This document shows positions 1 through 34,520 of a stretch of DNA of 64,000 nt, piece by piece. This DNA comes from Amoebidium appalachense. Taxonomy: Eukaryota > Protista > Ichthyosporea. Below the pieces are notes generated by a model that was not told the origin of the DNA, did not search any database, and saw only the letters and a list, made by a program, of their open reading frames with translations. Positions within the stretch are counted from its first letter, which is position 1. The number at the start of each line of letters is the position of its first letter. A program made the translations under genes and the position numbers. The DNA lies in contig CAVNZM010000005.1 in the NCBI GenBank assembly GCA_963693365.1, positions 7,386,710-7,450,709 of the forward strand, in the 5' to 3' direction.

Positions 1-225
1 ACTCTAATCCCTCCGCCGCCACCACCACCACCGACTGAACCAGAACACAGCGTCGACTCGCGTTCTGCGGAAAATAACGAGGGAGGTAAAGGAGAAGATA
101 AAGAGGAGGATTGTGGGATGGTAGGGAAGGCTTTGGGTATGTTCGGAATGGGCTCATGCGCAAAAAAGACAATGGGGAACGAGGGGGAGGGGGAGTCGAA
201 GGCTGCGGAGGCCCCTGTGAGTTGA
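1..225 (+). CDS. 3' end of an unidentified protein-coding gene (Pro-rich/acidic C-terminus, 5'-partial)
   Basis: Frame 1 is open from base 1: [77 protein letters not shown] at 223-225, followed by a T-rich 3'UTR-like tract. No family recognised. Confidence 0.55.
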   Translation, partial: TLIPPPPPPPPTEPEHSVDSRSAENNEGGKGEDKEEDCGMVGKALGMFGMGSCAKKTMGNEGEGESKAAEAPVS

Positions 226-399
226 TATGCCATCAGAATTTCTTGTTCTTTTTTCTGCTTTTCCTTTTTGGCTGGACGAGTGGTGTTTTTGAACTGACGT
301 AGTTAGTGCTGTACTGTAACCCCACTCCTTCTCCCTCTCCCCACTTTTAATCTGGGCTGTTTTTCCAAATCTTTTCATCATCGTGTGCAAGCAACCCAC

Positions 400-445
<46 letters not shown>

Positions 446-1111
446 TTCCGTTCTCTTCCTTCCGAAAAACCACTTCCCCCCCCTCCCCCCCCCCCCCCCC
501 CCCCCCCGGCCCTGACCCCTCCTCCTCATCCTCTTCAACTCTTTCCCGCAGGGTTTTGCTCTAACAGCCTTGTTAAGGCAAAGCAAACGGGTTGGGTGTG
601 ACCCGATTTACAGTAGCTGTAGTTAGCGGCTCGAACCACACGTACGGGCCGACAAAAATGTAGAGACCGTGACTGATTTAGAAGTCTTTGAAAGAATAAT
701 GATTCAGGGTGGGTTGAATGGCACACTGTGCATGCACATGGGTATTGTAAAAGGCGAAAAACGAATGTGTTTTGAAAAATATATCTTATCATGTATCGAG
801 CGGCTTCGAATTCTATTGATGGCTTGAAGCCTATCGAATTCCGGCTTTGAATATACGGGGCATGTGCACGTGCACGTGAAGCATCGAACTATTAGCTGCG
901 CATGCAGCAAGGTCATTAGTAAAAAGAAGCATGCATGTGCATGTGCACAACGTTGTTTATTGTGCCCGTGTACGTCTCTTGAAAAGCTATGATGGGTGTT
1001 CTCAGACGTTAACTTCCAAGTTTTCTTTGACTTTGAAAATCATTTTCTTTTCTTTTCTTTTCTTTTCTCAGCTTCTCTTCTTCTTCTTCTTCTTCTTTTT
1101 TTTTTTTTTTT

Positions 1112-1162
<51 letters not shown>

Positions 1163-1325
1163 CGCATAACGTATCTGGGCCGGGCTAAATGAGGGTTTAA
1201 CCTCGAGACTCGGTGTAGGTGTTAGTGACATGGAAAGGCGGTATTCATCATCAGGAACTTTTGGTTTGGGATAATAGGGGAAAGGCGACTTGGAATTAGG
1301 AAGGCGCGGGGAGGTGGATGTGTGT

Positions 1326-1371
<46 letters not shown>

Positions 1372-1644
1372 GGGGAGGAGGGGGGGGAGCGTTCTCGAGG
1401 TGGACGGAGGTAGGAAAGCATGATGATCCCAAATGCCTGTGTCAACTACGGCCAATGAATAATGTATCTCTCTCACGTGGTGGAATACTCACTACGTTAG
1501 CGTTATAATCGAGCGAAATATTTTCATTGCATTTGAATATTATTATTCGGACGCAAAAACCTGATTTTCTTGCAAGCCCAGCCTCCCCCCCCTCCCCCCC
1601 CCCACCAACTTATAATCACCCTGCACGCACAAACACTCACGCAC

Positions 1645-1745
<101 letters not shown>

Positions 1746-1752
1746 CACATAT

Positions 1753-1837
<85 letters not shown>

Positions 1838-2290
1838 GTGAAAAAGGCACACACACACACACAGTGTACACACACACACAGTCACACAAACAAATTTCAC
1901 ACACAAACCGTGCGCGTGGACGTTAACGAGTACTCTGCCTGCATCGGGGGCCAGCATGTAGTGGCTGCGGCCAAAAAAAAAAAAAAAAAAAAAAGAAAAG
2001 AAAAAGAAAAAGAAAAGAAAAGCTTTGACCCTGAAAAGAAACCCAAAAAAAAAAAAAAAAAGAACAAAGAAAAAGCTTGACCCTGAAACGAAACCAGAAG
2101 AAAAGAAAAGAGAAAGAAAAAAAGAAGCTGAGAAAAACCAACCCGTCTTTTGATGTTAAATGTTTGGGATCCATGTTCCTGCGCCTTCGCTCATATGCAC
2201 ACAAAATGAAGGTGTCATTTTGGGCACGTGTTACAGTCACAGCGACTGTGCAGTATTTACACAGTCACCAACTCACAGAGATCTCACTGA

Positions 2291-2752
2291 GATCTAGAGT
2301 CGGACAGGCGTGTGGTAACGAGCCAATCGTTCTTCAAGATCTCTTGGTGATGCGCAATTTAATTGGCTTGATTCAAGATCTACGGATCCCCCAACACTTC
2401 TAAGAGGGGGGCGATAGTATGTCCGTACCTGCGCTCCCGGGAATTTTAGACCCCGTTTCTATATGTGTGTAGCAATATGTAACTAGTAACTACGGAAAAT
2501 GGAGCCTTATCATACCAAAATACCCATATTTAGTGTGAATTTATTGATTTTTACTATATGTAGAACCACATGCAGCCCTATTTCTGCAACGGAATTTTAC
2601 GTGGCGCTAAATGTCGAAACTGGAATATCCTAAATCCTGTTACACACATACGACTCGCGCCTCACATATGAGTTTTGGGGGATCCGATCTACGGTGAGAT
2701 CTATCTCAAGGAATATTTTTATTGGCTATCACGATCTCTGTCCGACACAGAT
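2291..2752. mobile_element. Degenerate inverted-repeat (foldback/MITE-like) element
   Basis: Left arm atctagagtcggacag...agccaat...cggatcccccaacact aligns, with many mismatches, to the reverse complement of the right arm (agttttgggggatccg...attggct...ctgtccgacacagat). No clear TSD. Confidence 0.4.
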
Positions 2753-3184
2753 GTTTGTTGACACACAACCAAAACTCTGGCGCCGACTGACGCTCACTCA
2801 TGATCGAGAGTTGCGCTGAGAAAATAATAATCTACTGTAGGATAAATGAGTGTTTGCACGTGTTTTGCATGAATATTTTAACTTTTGTTATTCAATAGCT
2901 CCACGATTCACCAATTGGAAAGACGCCGGAATCAAAGTGACCCAGTCTGTCACCCAGGCCCAGCCGTACATATAGCCGGACTGCCCCTTGTCCTGTCGTC
3001 CTTTCTTCCTGTCATTCGGCATTCAATTTACTTAGATCACGCCCGTGAATATTGAACTCAAGCTTTATACATAAAATAATACCCGTGCACCCGTGACGCC
3101 ACAGTAATGATCAGTTCGCCCTAAGTTAGGCATACGTAGTATAGTATCCTTGTCGCTTAAAGTTTACGTATACAGACACAAAAC

Positions 3185-3843
3185 ATGACTAGCAGCAACG
3201 TTAACAATCGTGATGCCATCCCGACTCCTCGGTTATTCAACGCAAACGGCACACTTTTTGCTGTATTGGAAACGACCTACTACATTTTCGGTATCAAGGC
3301 AGCAGCATTCATTGCTGTGCTGCTGAATGGAGGCCTCATCTATTTCTGCAATCACAGTGGTATAGGGGATGTCCCTGATGCACGGTTTGGCTTTACAGAG
3401 CATGAACTTGCACAGCTCTTCAGAAAATGGGGTGAGCAAGGAATGGGGAACTTTTTCGTTTGCATGGTGAGTTTGGCAACGCGGCGGCGGCGGGGGGACC
3501 GGGGGGGGGGGGGGGGGAGGGGGGGGCGGGGGGAGGGGGGAGAAGAGAAGGAGGGGAAGGGGGGTCCCGTTTTTTTTTTTTTTTTTTTTTTTTTTGGGGG
3601 GGGGGGGGGGGGGGGACTACATAATATTTTTGTGCTCTTGTGGCTGCGTGGGGAAAAAATTTTTTTAAAGAAAGGGGAGGGATTAATTAAGGTGGAGAGG
3701 TGTGGGTGGGAAGGGAAGCCTACTACTAGCTAGTAGCTCTCAGAAAGCTTCACCGTAGTTTGCCATTCGTGCAGTTTGCTTGATGAATTTTCAGAGTTTA
3801 TTTTATTATTATTTTTTTTGGGGGGGGGGGGGGAGGGTGGTGG

Positions 3844-3896
<53 letters not shown>

Positions 3897-4833
3897 TGGG
3901 GGATGGGGAACAATAAGAAGCCATGTGTAGCGCGGTGAGAATTGATCTTCGGTTGGATGGGTGCTGTCGAGCAAGCTCGAAGAGAAGAGTTTACGGTGCG
4001 TGTGTGTCTGTGTGTGTGTCTGTGTGTGTGTCTGTGTGTGTGTGTGTGCGTGCGTGCGTGGGTGCGTGCACGTGTGCGATTGTTCGTGTGTGTGTGTGTG
4101 GGAGAGACATAAAAGACTGAGGGGAACTGAAGGAGAAGGAGAGAGGGGAGGGGGGAGGTGGGGGGGCGGGGGCGGGAGGGGGGGGGGGGGGGGGAGAATA
4201 GTTGTGTTAGAAGAAGATTGGGCAGCGAGGAAGAGTGGGCGAAGTTGATGTGGGCCGGGAGAGAGGGGAAAAAAGAAGGCCGGAGAAAGGGGGGGGGGAA
4301 GAGAGCGATAAAACAGAAGAACGACATTGAGAGGAGTGCATCTATTGGGCAGGGGGCGTGGGAGAGGTTGAGAAATGTAGAAAGATATCTAGAGAAAGAC
4401 AACGGAGAAGCTGAGAACGGGAGTTTTCAACCACTTACGTGAACCCCACTTACCCGCATCACTCGCTGTACAGGGTGCCGATTTCCTCCTGGCCATGCCA
4501 TCATACTTCCTCCTTCTAATCTGCATGGCTACACACCTCGCCACCTCCCTCCAACCGCACATGGAACCACCACAGCGCCACAGGCTTTTATCTATTTTAT
4601 ATGCACTTTCCCTTCTTGTTGTCGCTGGAGATGTTGTGGAAACGGGCATTCTTCTAGCGTATTCTTTGGCGTATCCGGGTGGCATTCCTTCCATTCTGAT
4701 TGGTTTGGGGAGCGTTGGGCAGCGAATCAAATGGGTCCTTTTGGCGTTGGTGGTGGCGGTGTGTGCGTGGGGGGAGCTGTGGGTGTGGTTAAAGTTGAAG
4801 TCCAGTAGAGGGACAGAGAGAAAGGATATGTAG
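3185..4833 (+). CDS. Uncharacterised multi-pass membrane protein (~213 aa, 2 exons)
   Basis: Exons 3185-3466 and 4474-4833, phase-0 intron GTGAGT...GTACAG. The joined frame reads ...VPDARFGFTEHELAQLFRKWGEQG...CM|GADFLLAMPSY...AGDVVETGILL...IKWVLL..., with about 4 hydrophobic helices. Confidence 0.75.
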
Positions 4834-4975
4834 GCATTTGGATAATAAAGTCCGTGCAGCTCAGTGCCCCCCAGTTCGCCCATTGCCCCCCTTCCTCTTC
4901 CCCCTTTGCCCCCTTTCCACTAGCTCACTAGCTCCCCCCATTCTTTTACCCCCCCGGCACCCCCCCCCCTCCCCC

Positions 4976-5007
<32 letters not shown>

Positions 5008-5015
5008 CCCCCCCC

Positions 5016-5046
<31 letters not shown>

Positions 5047-5583
5047 ACACCTGGCCCATAAAGCTCCCCTTCTACCATACGGTACTAGAGTCACTATTTC
5101 TTTAAGTTCTAACTAAAATTAAAAAAGTTGTCCAGCAACGACGTGGTTTTATCATGTTGAATGATATGCGCACACACGCACACGCATGCACAGCATATAC
5201 ACACACACATGTAAACACACACAATACCAACCTGGGCAGGTGCACAGGCTATCAGAGACCGTTTGTCGCAGTGATGTACAAAATTTGTGCAACTCCCCCC
5301 CTCCCCCCTTCCCCCCTCCCCCCTCCCCCCTCCCCCCCCTCCTCCACCAAACAAACAACACCCAACCCCTACCCTCACCCCAAAAAGGCTCAAAAAAATA
5401 GAAAAGAAAAGAAAACTGCACACCCTCTGCACCTCTCTACCTCTTGCATTTCCAATTCTAACGTGCACGTAAACAGGATGGGCTCGTGCATTTTTCTCAT
5501 ATTTTCTTTTACTTTTTCTTTTTTCTTTTTCCCTTTTTCTTTTTTTCTTTTTCTTTAAATTTTTCTTTTTTTTTTTTTTGGAA

Positions 5584-5618
<35 letters not shown>

Positions 5619-5736
5619 GGGGGGATATGCCGTCGGCGTGCAAGGGGATGCATGTGTTGGCTTTTCCTAGTATGCAACGGTGCAGGTCTATGTCCTTTGT
5701 TGTAGCTGTAATGAAAATTTTAAAGCTTTGATGGAG

Positions 5737-5795
<59 letters not shown>

Positions 5796-6594
5796 CCCCG
5801 AGCTCCTCCCCTCCCCAAACCAACCCAACCCAACACCCACCCCCCACCTACCCCCCACCTATCCCAATATATCTCTCGAATCTCCCCCTCCCTCCCTCCC
5901 CCCCCCCCCCCCCCCCTCCCCCCGCACCCCTTCCTTGTTTTCGGAATTCTGTTTCCTTGCCAAGACTCTATATGCCGCCATGCCGATAATAATTACACAC
6001 ACAGTGTACGAGTAACGCCTTGCCCAGCTTTTTCTTCTTGTTCAGTGCGCACGTGTATCGACCCTCCGGTGTTCGTAGATTCATAACCTTATCGATTATC
6101 CGTATATATAATACAGATTTTTGAGGTAAGCTCTTGTTCCTGAAGAGTCGGAGTATATATCCCGGTCAACAACAGGCAGCATATCCCCCAAGGCTGTGTT
6201 GTATTGAGTCAAATACGGGTATGGGGCAACGTGCTTAAAGCTTTCAGAGTGCATACGAGGAGGGTGCACGTCAAAACGCTTGACGTAATAATGTAGGTGA
6301 GCATGTGTCGTTGTCACATATGCAGGCCATTTGATGGCATGCTGCCTGTTCAACGGTTGGCGATCTACTTCCCTCCTCCACATCCCCTCCCCTCCCCTCT
6401 CCCCGAGTGTTTCTAGATCTGGGTACACACTGCACCACAACCACAAGGGCGCTGTGAAGGGTGTGTCGTTATGCACTACGAGGGTTACTAATTAAATAGG
6501 AAACCGGGTGTTGAAGTACACGTACACCACAGTATTTGTGTTCTACCTTATCACCCTTCCTTGTTCGACAAAGAACTTGATAATATAGGGTTTT

Positions 6595-6790
6595 GGGGTT
6601 TACGCTGTTTACTCGAGGCAAATAGAGACCAGTCTCAGGTATGGGGGGTTTTTGCTCGGATTATCCCCTCAGCGGCATGTCATGATCACGTACATAGATG
6701 TCGGGTGATGACTATATATCAGGGTTTACTTTCTCTACGAGACACCATAAAGACTAAGAAAAATCAATTGGTTGGGGTTCCCCGTTTTTT
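6595..6790 (+). repeat. Dispersed ~200-bp repeat of unknown class, copy 1 (empty site for the solo LTR)
   Basis: Near-identical reverse-complement copy at ~47479-47830. Ends GGGGTTCCCCG followed by a T run. Confidence 0.85.
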
Positions 6791-6868
6791 ATATTTTTTA
6801 TATTTTATTTAATTAAATTTTATTTTTTAATAGGTTTTTCCAACAGGGCGGATTATGGTTGCAACAAG

Positions 6869-6947
<79 letters not shown>

Positions 6948-7087
6948 TCAGGCCAAGGAAATGGGCGCTTCAATAATTAGGGTATACACCCGAGGCCGGC
7001 GGGCTTCCTGACCAATCACCAAATAGTCTACATATGAACCTCTTTGAATTTTGAATAGAGTCTGATATAGCATATTAACGTCCAGGA

Positions 7088-7095
7088 TGACGTCA
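7088..7095. promoter_or_regulatory. Candidate CRE-type palindrome (TGACGTCA) upstream of the DUS4-like start
   Basis: Exact TGACGTCA about 110 bp before the ATG at 7201, with CCAAT at ~7012. Motif match only. Confidence 0.25.
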
Positions 7096-7200
7096 TAACC
7101 GCGGCCTTCCGCAAAGCCTACTCAGTGCCGGAGCAACTGAGCTGCAAACTCGAGCATGTACATCATACATGTACAAAGGAACTCAGTGTACACATAACCT

Positions 7201-16068
<8,868 letters not shown>

Positions 16069-16218
16069 TGTTTTTCTTGATTTCACTATTCCGCTCTCCC
16101 CTTTCCCACCCATCTGACCTGCCAACACTGCATCTAAGTTGACAAGTCCTTGACAGAAGACACATAGAGGCAAGTCTTATAACAGAGATACTCACAAGCT
16201 GACCTGTATGTGCGCACA

Positions 16219-16297
<79 letters not shown>

Positions 16298-17618
16298 AGA
16301 CACACAGACCCCCCCCCCCCCCCCCCCCACACACACATTCGTTCCCCCTCATGCACACTTGAACATACACACACCCAACTCTGTCTGAGGAGAAGGGGAA
16401 GGGAGGGGGGGGGGGGGAAAGGGGCGGGGGGAGGGGGGGGGGGGGGATGAAGAAAGACAGAACGAATGGCAAAACACATGTCACACAGGTGCACCGAAAT
16501 ACATCCGAAGCAAATGTAAGTCGACGTTGAAGAGTACATGCGGTCTATGTCACAAATCTATCTTGAAAGAAAGAAGGCCAATCATAATGGTTTGAGGTTT
16601 CTTACGTATAAATAAGGAAGGAGCTTAGCCTAGCTATAGCACCGGAGCGTTATGAACCTAACTTCACTTGTCATGCATGATGGCCGGGTGGTAGTTTCTC
16701 AATCGTAATAAAGTGTATGCTGTACATGTAGTCGTAACTTCAGCTTCTGTGAATGAATGATCGATGGATGCCGCTGTTTGAATATGAATGTGGTTGTGAA
16801 TGAAGACCGGCAACGAAGTTGAACACTATGCTGTGAATAAAGAAAGGCTAGGCAGAAGCCAAAAAACAACAACAGTTTATTTGAGGTCTGCATGTACATG
16901 TTTCGACCTTGCCAAGGGCGCAGCTGCCATTTCAAGCACAGCCTGAGGCCTACACTGCAGGCGAATTTTCTGTGTACATGATCATGTACATGTCTGTGCG
17001 TGACGGCGTGTGTCACGCGTGTACACATGTGCCCGTGTGTGTGTGTGCCTGGGTTTGTACATTTAAAGTCATGTGTGTTTACTACATTTGTGTGTGTGTG
17101 TGTGTGTGTCTGTGTGTGTGTGACACTGTGTGTGTGTACATTTGTGTGTGCACGTGCGTGCGTGTGTGCGTGTGTGCACGTGCGCGCGCGCGTGTGTGTT
17201 GGTACTAGTGGCGCCGTGAGTGTGCGTATGTACACGTGTGACTCCGAGCGGACGCATATATGACGTTATTGTAGCCTAGTACAGACAAGTGTATTTGGAA
17301 CGAAGAAGGAGGTGTCACAGGAAGGACGCAAATAGATTTGTATGATTATCATCCTCAGATATTATCGATAGATATATCTGCAGCACGTTTTTGTGTGTGC
17401 CAGAGGTTGAATTCGAAGTGTGTACCGCGACGTGTGTGCGTGCGTGCGTGTGTCAGTATACATGTGTGTGTGCGCGTAATGTGTGCGTGTGTGCGTGTGT
17501 GTGTGTATCTAACTAATGAAATAGCCATTTGCATCACAAGTCTCTGTGTGTGCCGGTGTGTGTATACGTATCATGTGTGTGCGTGCGTGCCGTACATGTG
17601 TGCCTGTGTGTGTGTGAC

Positions 17619-17659
<41 letters not shown>

Positions 17660-17692
17660 GTTTGTGTGTGCCACGGTGTGTGTGTGTGTATG

Positions 17693-17734
<42 letters not shown>

Positions 17735-19090
17735 CTTATGTGCCTGTGTGCGTATACGTGCGTGTGTGTAGGGGTGGGTGCGCGCGCGTGTGTGTGTGGT
17801 GTGTGTTTGTGTGTACGTGCGTGCGTGCCTGTGTGTTTGCGTGTGCGTGTGCGTGTGTGCGTGTGCGGGCGACGCCGTGTGTGCGTCGCAGACTCGCAGG
17901 CTCACACTGTCTGGTGCTGGTGTGTGTGTGCGCCAACTGTTATGCCGGTTGTGTAGGAAGTGGTTGGCCCGGAACGCATCAAGAACTATTTTTGGCTATC
18001 GTTCGCAATTTTTAGTTGGTTTTCACGATTCACGAACTTCCCATGCAAATCTAGAGGTTCGATATCCAATCATATTGCGGGTGTGCGAACCACATGTCGG
18101 TTTTTTGATTGGTTGATTTCTTTCCGAATAAACCCCAAATTTACATGAGTCTCTTCTTCTCCTTGCCTTTAGAAATTTGGTTCCAACAAAATATTGTTAT
18201 AAAGAAAGAGAAGTTTTTCCGTTTTCAGTCTTTCGGAACTATAAAACTATAGCTATTAATAAAGCAATTATCGTCAAACGAATCTTGTTGTTGTCTTCAA
18301 TATCAAATGTTTACCATCTATTGAATTTGTCAGTTAAATGCACACCGATTTATGTTTGCTTGAAAATGTGAATACAGTAGGTTTTGATCGGATCTCTGTG
18401 GCTCTGTGTTGTAGTCGAGAGTTTTCAGCTGTACCTAAACACAACGCTATTACTAGCACAATACGGTTTCATTGCAAAAGTGACCTTACGATAACACAGT
18501 ACGGTGTACGACAATCTGAAAAAAGATAGCACAAGAACACAAAGTTGATGATTCACTTCATGAACAATCTCCCTAGAACTGTTGCGTGATTTATGAAATG
18601 GCTAGCCAATCGCTTTCCACCACATTTACCCAAAAAAAGTCCCCAGTTGGCGCAAACGGCTTTTAGTCTAACCACACATCACACACACAGTTTAGAGTTT
18701 GTGCTAAGACAGCAAGGCTTAGGGACATCATACAAGATCGTCCACTTACATCCACTTCTATATCCATCAAAAACGTTTTCTAACTCCAGGACAGAAACGT
18801 TCTCTTTACCTCTCAAAACGATCCCATTTGAACCCAGGTAGCAGAAAAGGTCATGCGGGACCTTTGGAGGAGGCAAGGATTTTGATCACTTGTTGGTGCG
18901 GTAGCCTGTTTTGCCTTGCTACTTTCATATGTGTCCTTCCCTAAAACAGCTCAGTGAGTCAAAAACGTGACGAACCAACCAAGGCCTTTGGTACGATAAA
19001 GAAACATCGCCTTCGAGGTTTTTTTTTTGAAGGTATGCTTTTCTATTTGTGGACCTGAACGTAGCCGGACTCTGGAAGATTTGCTGGAAG

Positions 19091-30601
<11,511 letters not shown>

Positions 30602-31780
30602 CTGGTATATATCTACCGTTTTCTTTTTCCTGGTGATATACCGATATAGTTCCGTCATTTTGTCATGATGAGATAAGCCCGTAAGTAGTCTGTGCCGAAG
30701 AGTGTGTCTCTGACTCGAGCCTAGGTTTTAAAGCGTGGATGATTTTCTAGGCTAAGTGACATAGAATGTTGTTTTGAGGTCCTAGTTAGGGATCTTCCTG
30801 TTTGTGGGTAAGTCTTTGAAAAATCCGTGGTCAAAACTACGAGTGTTTAACGTTTGTGATTAGGCATTTTGTGGCCTTATTAAAGTAAGATCGAGGGCAG
30901 TAGTTAGTGTCAATTTGATGCCCCGTGTGTGGTGGGTTCGTCTATGAGCAGGAGGCAGTTTGCAATGGTTCAGCGCAGCCGCTGGTTTTAAAAGTTAGTA
31001 GCAGCGACATCAGATCCGTTGAAGGTAATTTTTTTAAATCACCAAGCCTTAGAACAGAGATGGGTAGTGTTTTTCATTGCTGTTGTTTCGATTTTTAAAG
31101 TAAAGCAGTGCCGAGCATGCGCAGCGGCTACAGGCAATATCAACATCAGAGCACCATACAGACTTATCTACTAGGGTGGTATCCATACGTACAGCAGGGA
31201 TGATTGTACAGGATACCCTCTCTGACGTGGGGCGAACATCCGCCACAACTTATGTATTGAGCTCGAGGCAGGCACGGTTTCAACCAGTGGAGTATATAGG
31301 TAGCATGATACAAATGATCTTATTTTTGTAGCCGCTGCGTTGTAATTCTTGTTTCCATCGCCGCTGGTGCCACGTTTGTGCTGAACTTTTTAATCGAAAG
31401 CATGTTGATAGGTGTGAGCTTTTATGTCGCGTTTTACCTCTTTCCCTACGGGTGTCTGCTACACTGACTGGCAATGTGAACACTTTAGACTTTTTGTTGA
31501 ATTCTGTTGGTCGTCACATTGAGTATTTATATGATTTTCACACAGTGTCCAGGTATCTCAGTATGCACTTGTTACTGGATAACTCGTAAAGTTTTTATTG
31601 TCTTCTCAGTATGCCGTGCATACTTGCATATCTTTCCGTCGAATAAATCCAGTCAAAGAAAAAAGAAAGAAAAAAATTCCTACGAATTCGAATAGCTTTG
31701 AAATCCCCCCTACTTACGTAAGGCACATGCTCATATTTGTTGTAGCGCTTCAAGTTATACCTGTTCTTCGTACAGTCATG

Positions 31781-31822
<42 letters not shown>

Positions 31823-32139
31823 TAGCTTTCATTCCGAAGTTTACTGTTAAGAATTAAAATTTAGAATCTGAGTAATAGTACAGAGCCTTTGCACTTTTCT
31901 CTGTTTGTTAGGAATTCTTTGTGATCGAGAGTATGGTGTGTTAGACTATTGGTGTTAATGTGTCCTGGAAGGTGTATAATGTCTGCTGGCCGCAGTCAGT
32001 AATTATTTTTAGGTATATATATTTTTAAATGTTGGCCGCTGGCCAATAAATAGCAAATAATAAACACACGATAAAGTCAACAGTGTGCCAAAAAACTAAT
32101 CCCCAGCGAGCGCACCCAGTGATGTGTGTGTGTGTGTGT

Positions 32140-32212
<73 letters not shown>

Positions 32213-32999
32213 CGTGCGTGAGTGTGTGCGTGTGTGTGTGTGCGTGCGTGCGTGTGTGCGTGTGTGCGTGTGTGTGTGAGTGTGTGTGTGTGTGTGTATG
32301 TGTGGTGTGGTGTGTGCGCGGCTTGTACATATGTACGTGTTCATGTGCACCTGTGTCGGACCTACGAAGTACATGAAAGTAAATTTTGACAGCATCGATC
32401 TGCCGGTGTGTATGTGTATGTGTGCCAGTGCAGCAGGTGTGCCTTGTAACTGATAGCTTCGCATTTTACGTGTGTGTGTATATAGTAGTACACATAGACA
32501 CTTGCTGATCATTCGGATCGACATTAAAATTTAATCTGTCGGTCCTCGGTTTTTTGAGTGAATGATGATCAAGTGTAAGAGCATTCACTTGGCAAGTATT
32601 AATGTTGCAGAGGCTAGCTGCAGCTGCAAGCGTCGGATGCACACTGACAATTGTCTTTTCAGCGAGTCTAACCTGCAGGCTGCAGCTGCACACATATAGG
32701 GTTGTTATCTTGCGGCACATGCACGGTGATCATTTCAGAGTAATAGAGTTCAGAGCAATGAAAATAATGAAAATAACTAAACTTTGTGACTACTTTAAAG
32801 TTGCTGAGATCATACGTGGTGCAAGCTGCACTATGAACACATGTACAGTGCTAGTAATTAATACATTTTTGTTGCCTTCTGCAGGGTTATCGTAGCTACG
32901 TCACGGCCTGCACTCAGGGGGGGGGGGGGGGGGGGGAGAGGGGGGATGATTCGAAGGGGGTATAAATAAGAACATGCACCTAAAGGTCTTTCCCGTGGA

Positions 33000-33036
<37 letters not shown>

Positions 33037-33242
33037 ACCTCTCCCCTCCCCCGGGGCCCCATACTATGATATCTAGGCCCAATATTATATGCCCCTCCCC
33101 CCCCCCCCCCCCCCCCCCCCTCTCCGGATCCCCGGACCCCACTTCCCTACCCGGAGGCTCAAGAGCTCCCCCCTTCCCCTTCCCCCCCTCCCCCTCCCCC
33201 CCCCCCCCCCCCCCCCCCCCAAGGCTTACGGGGGCCCTTCTT

Positions 33243-33281
<39 letters not shown>

Positions 33282-33543
33282 GGGGGTGGGGGGGAGGGAA
33301 GTGGAAGGCAGGGGTGGATGCATGTCAGCCTAGGTGAATTCAATTGTTTAACTCCAGTGTACAGGACTGGTCTGAAGGCTTAAGGAAACAACGAGGAAAT
33401 GGGGTCCAGTGGAGGTGGTGGTGGTGTTCTGTGTGTGTGTGTACACGTGCACGTATGTGTGTGGTTTTTTTAAGGGGTGAGTGGTGGTGGTGGTGGTGGT
33501 GGTGGTGGTCACCGTGGTGGTGGCGTGTGTGTCTGGTGTGTGT

Positions 33544-33596
<53 letters not shown>

Positions 33597-34520
33597 TAGA
33601 AAGAAAAACTGCTCGTGGGTCACTGTTTTTCGTCACTGTATTTGTAACGGGCCGCTCATATTTATATAACTACTTTAATTTAAGTACACGTGTTCATTAT
33701 CATATACGATGGCCAAATATAGAAATTTTGGCGTCGAAGTTCTTGGAGCTAAAAAAACGTTTAAAAGGGGGAAATAATAGCTTGGCCCCAAATTTACCTT
33801 GCCATTTTTAGCGAATGTATTTTTTATTCATGATTTCAAGTAATTCAGTGAGTGCACGTGCCTGCCTCAGGCTGATCATGACAACTGCAACACACCATTC
33901 CTACATGGATATCAACCAAAAGAAAATAGTATATACTGTGGTGGTCTCCTAAACCTTGTGCGGCATGCGCATACATGATATTACAGTGACGCATGTGCAT
34001 ATTATTGTTCTGTACACCGGAGTGTGCCGGTGCACGTGGCTGTTTTGTGCACATGTTACAATAGCAGCACGATCTCCCTAAACTCCATGTTTACACATCC
34101 CTCACCCTGGCTCTGCCTTGTCGGTGCTCCAAAACACACATACAAATCCCCCTAGAATCAGTGCCTGCACATGGTCGCATTCACGTGCAGGTCACGTGAC
34201 ACATGCAATGCCATACTGCCGTCTACAGCAACAACCACGGCAGCATGTATACCGGCCCAGCACGAAATATACTTATCGGCAGCCCACTGAACTCGCCCAT
34301 TTTCTCTTTTTCATGTATGACCCTCCTTTTTTGTAAAATCACCCTTTTTGGCCTCCCGGCCGGTAGTGGATTTTGCAGGATTTGACTTCTTTGAGGTCCA
34401 AAAACCTCAAATTTTCCCCGGCGGGGCCGGGGAGGGAGAATTCAAAAATTGCCCGCTCCTGATATGGTACCCGGGCCATCTAAGTTGACTACGCTTGAAT
34501 CAGATACAGGCACAAGTTAA

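Noticed and set aside
6096-6476. 126-aa minus-strand ORF in complex sequence
   Set aside because: Non-ATG start, no recognisable motif and no convincing splice partners.
30662-30715. ATGATGA...CTGA resembling a C/D-box snoRNA
   Set aside because: Only about 50 nt, no independent terminal stem or recognisable guide, and it lies in the transporter 3'UTR.
33309-34461. Possible TIR element CAGGGGTGG...CCGCTCCTG
   Set aside because: Termini match only loosely and no TSD was found.
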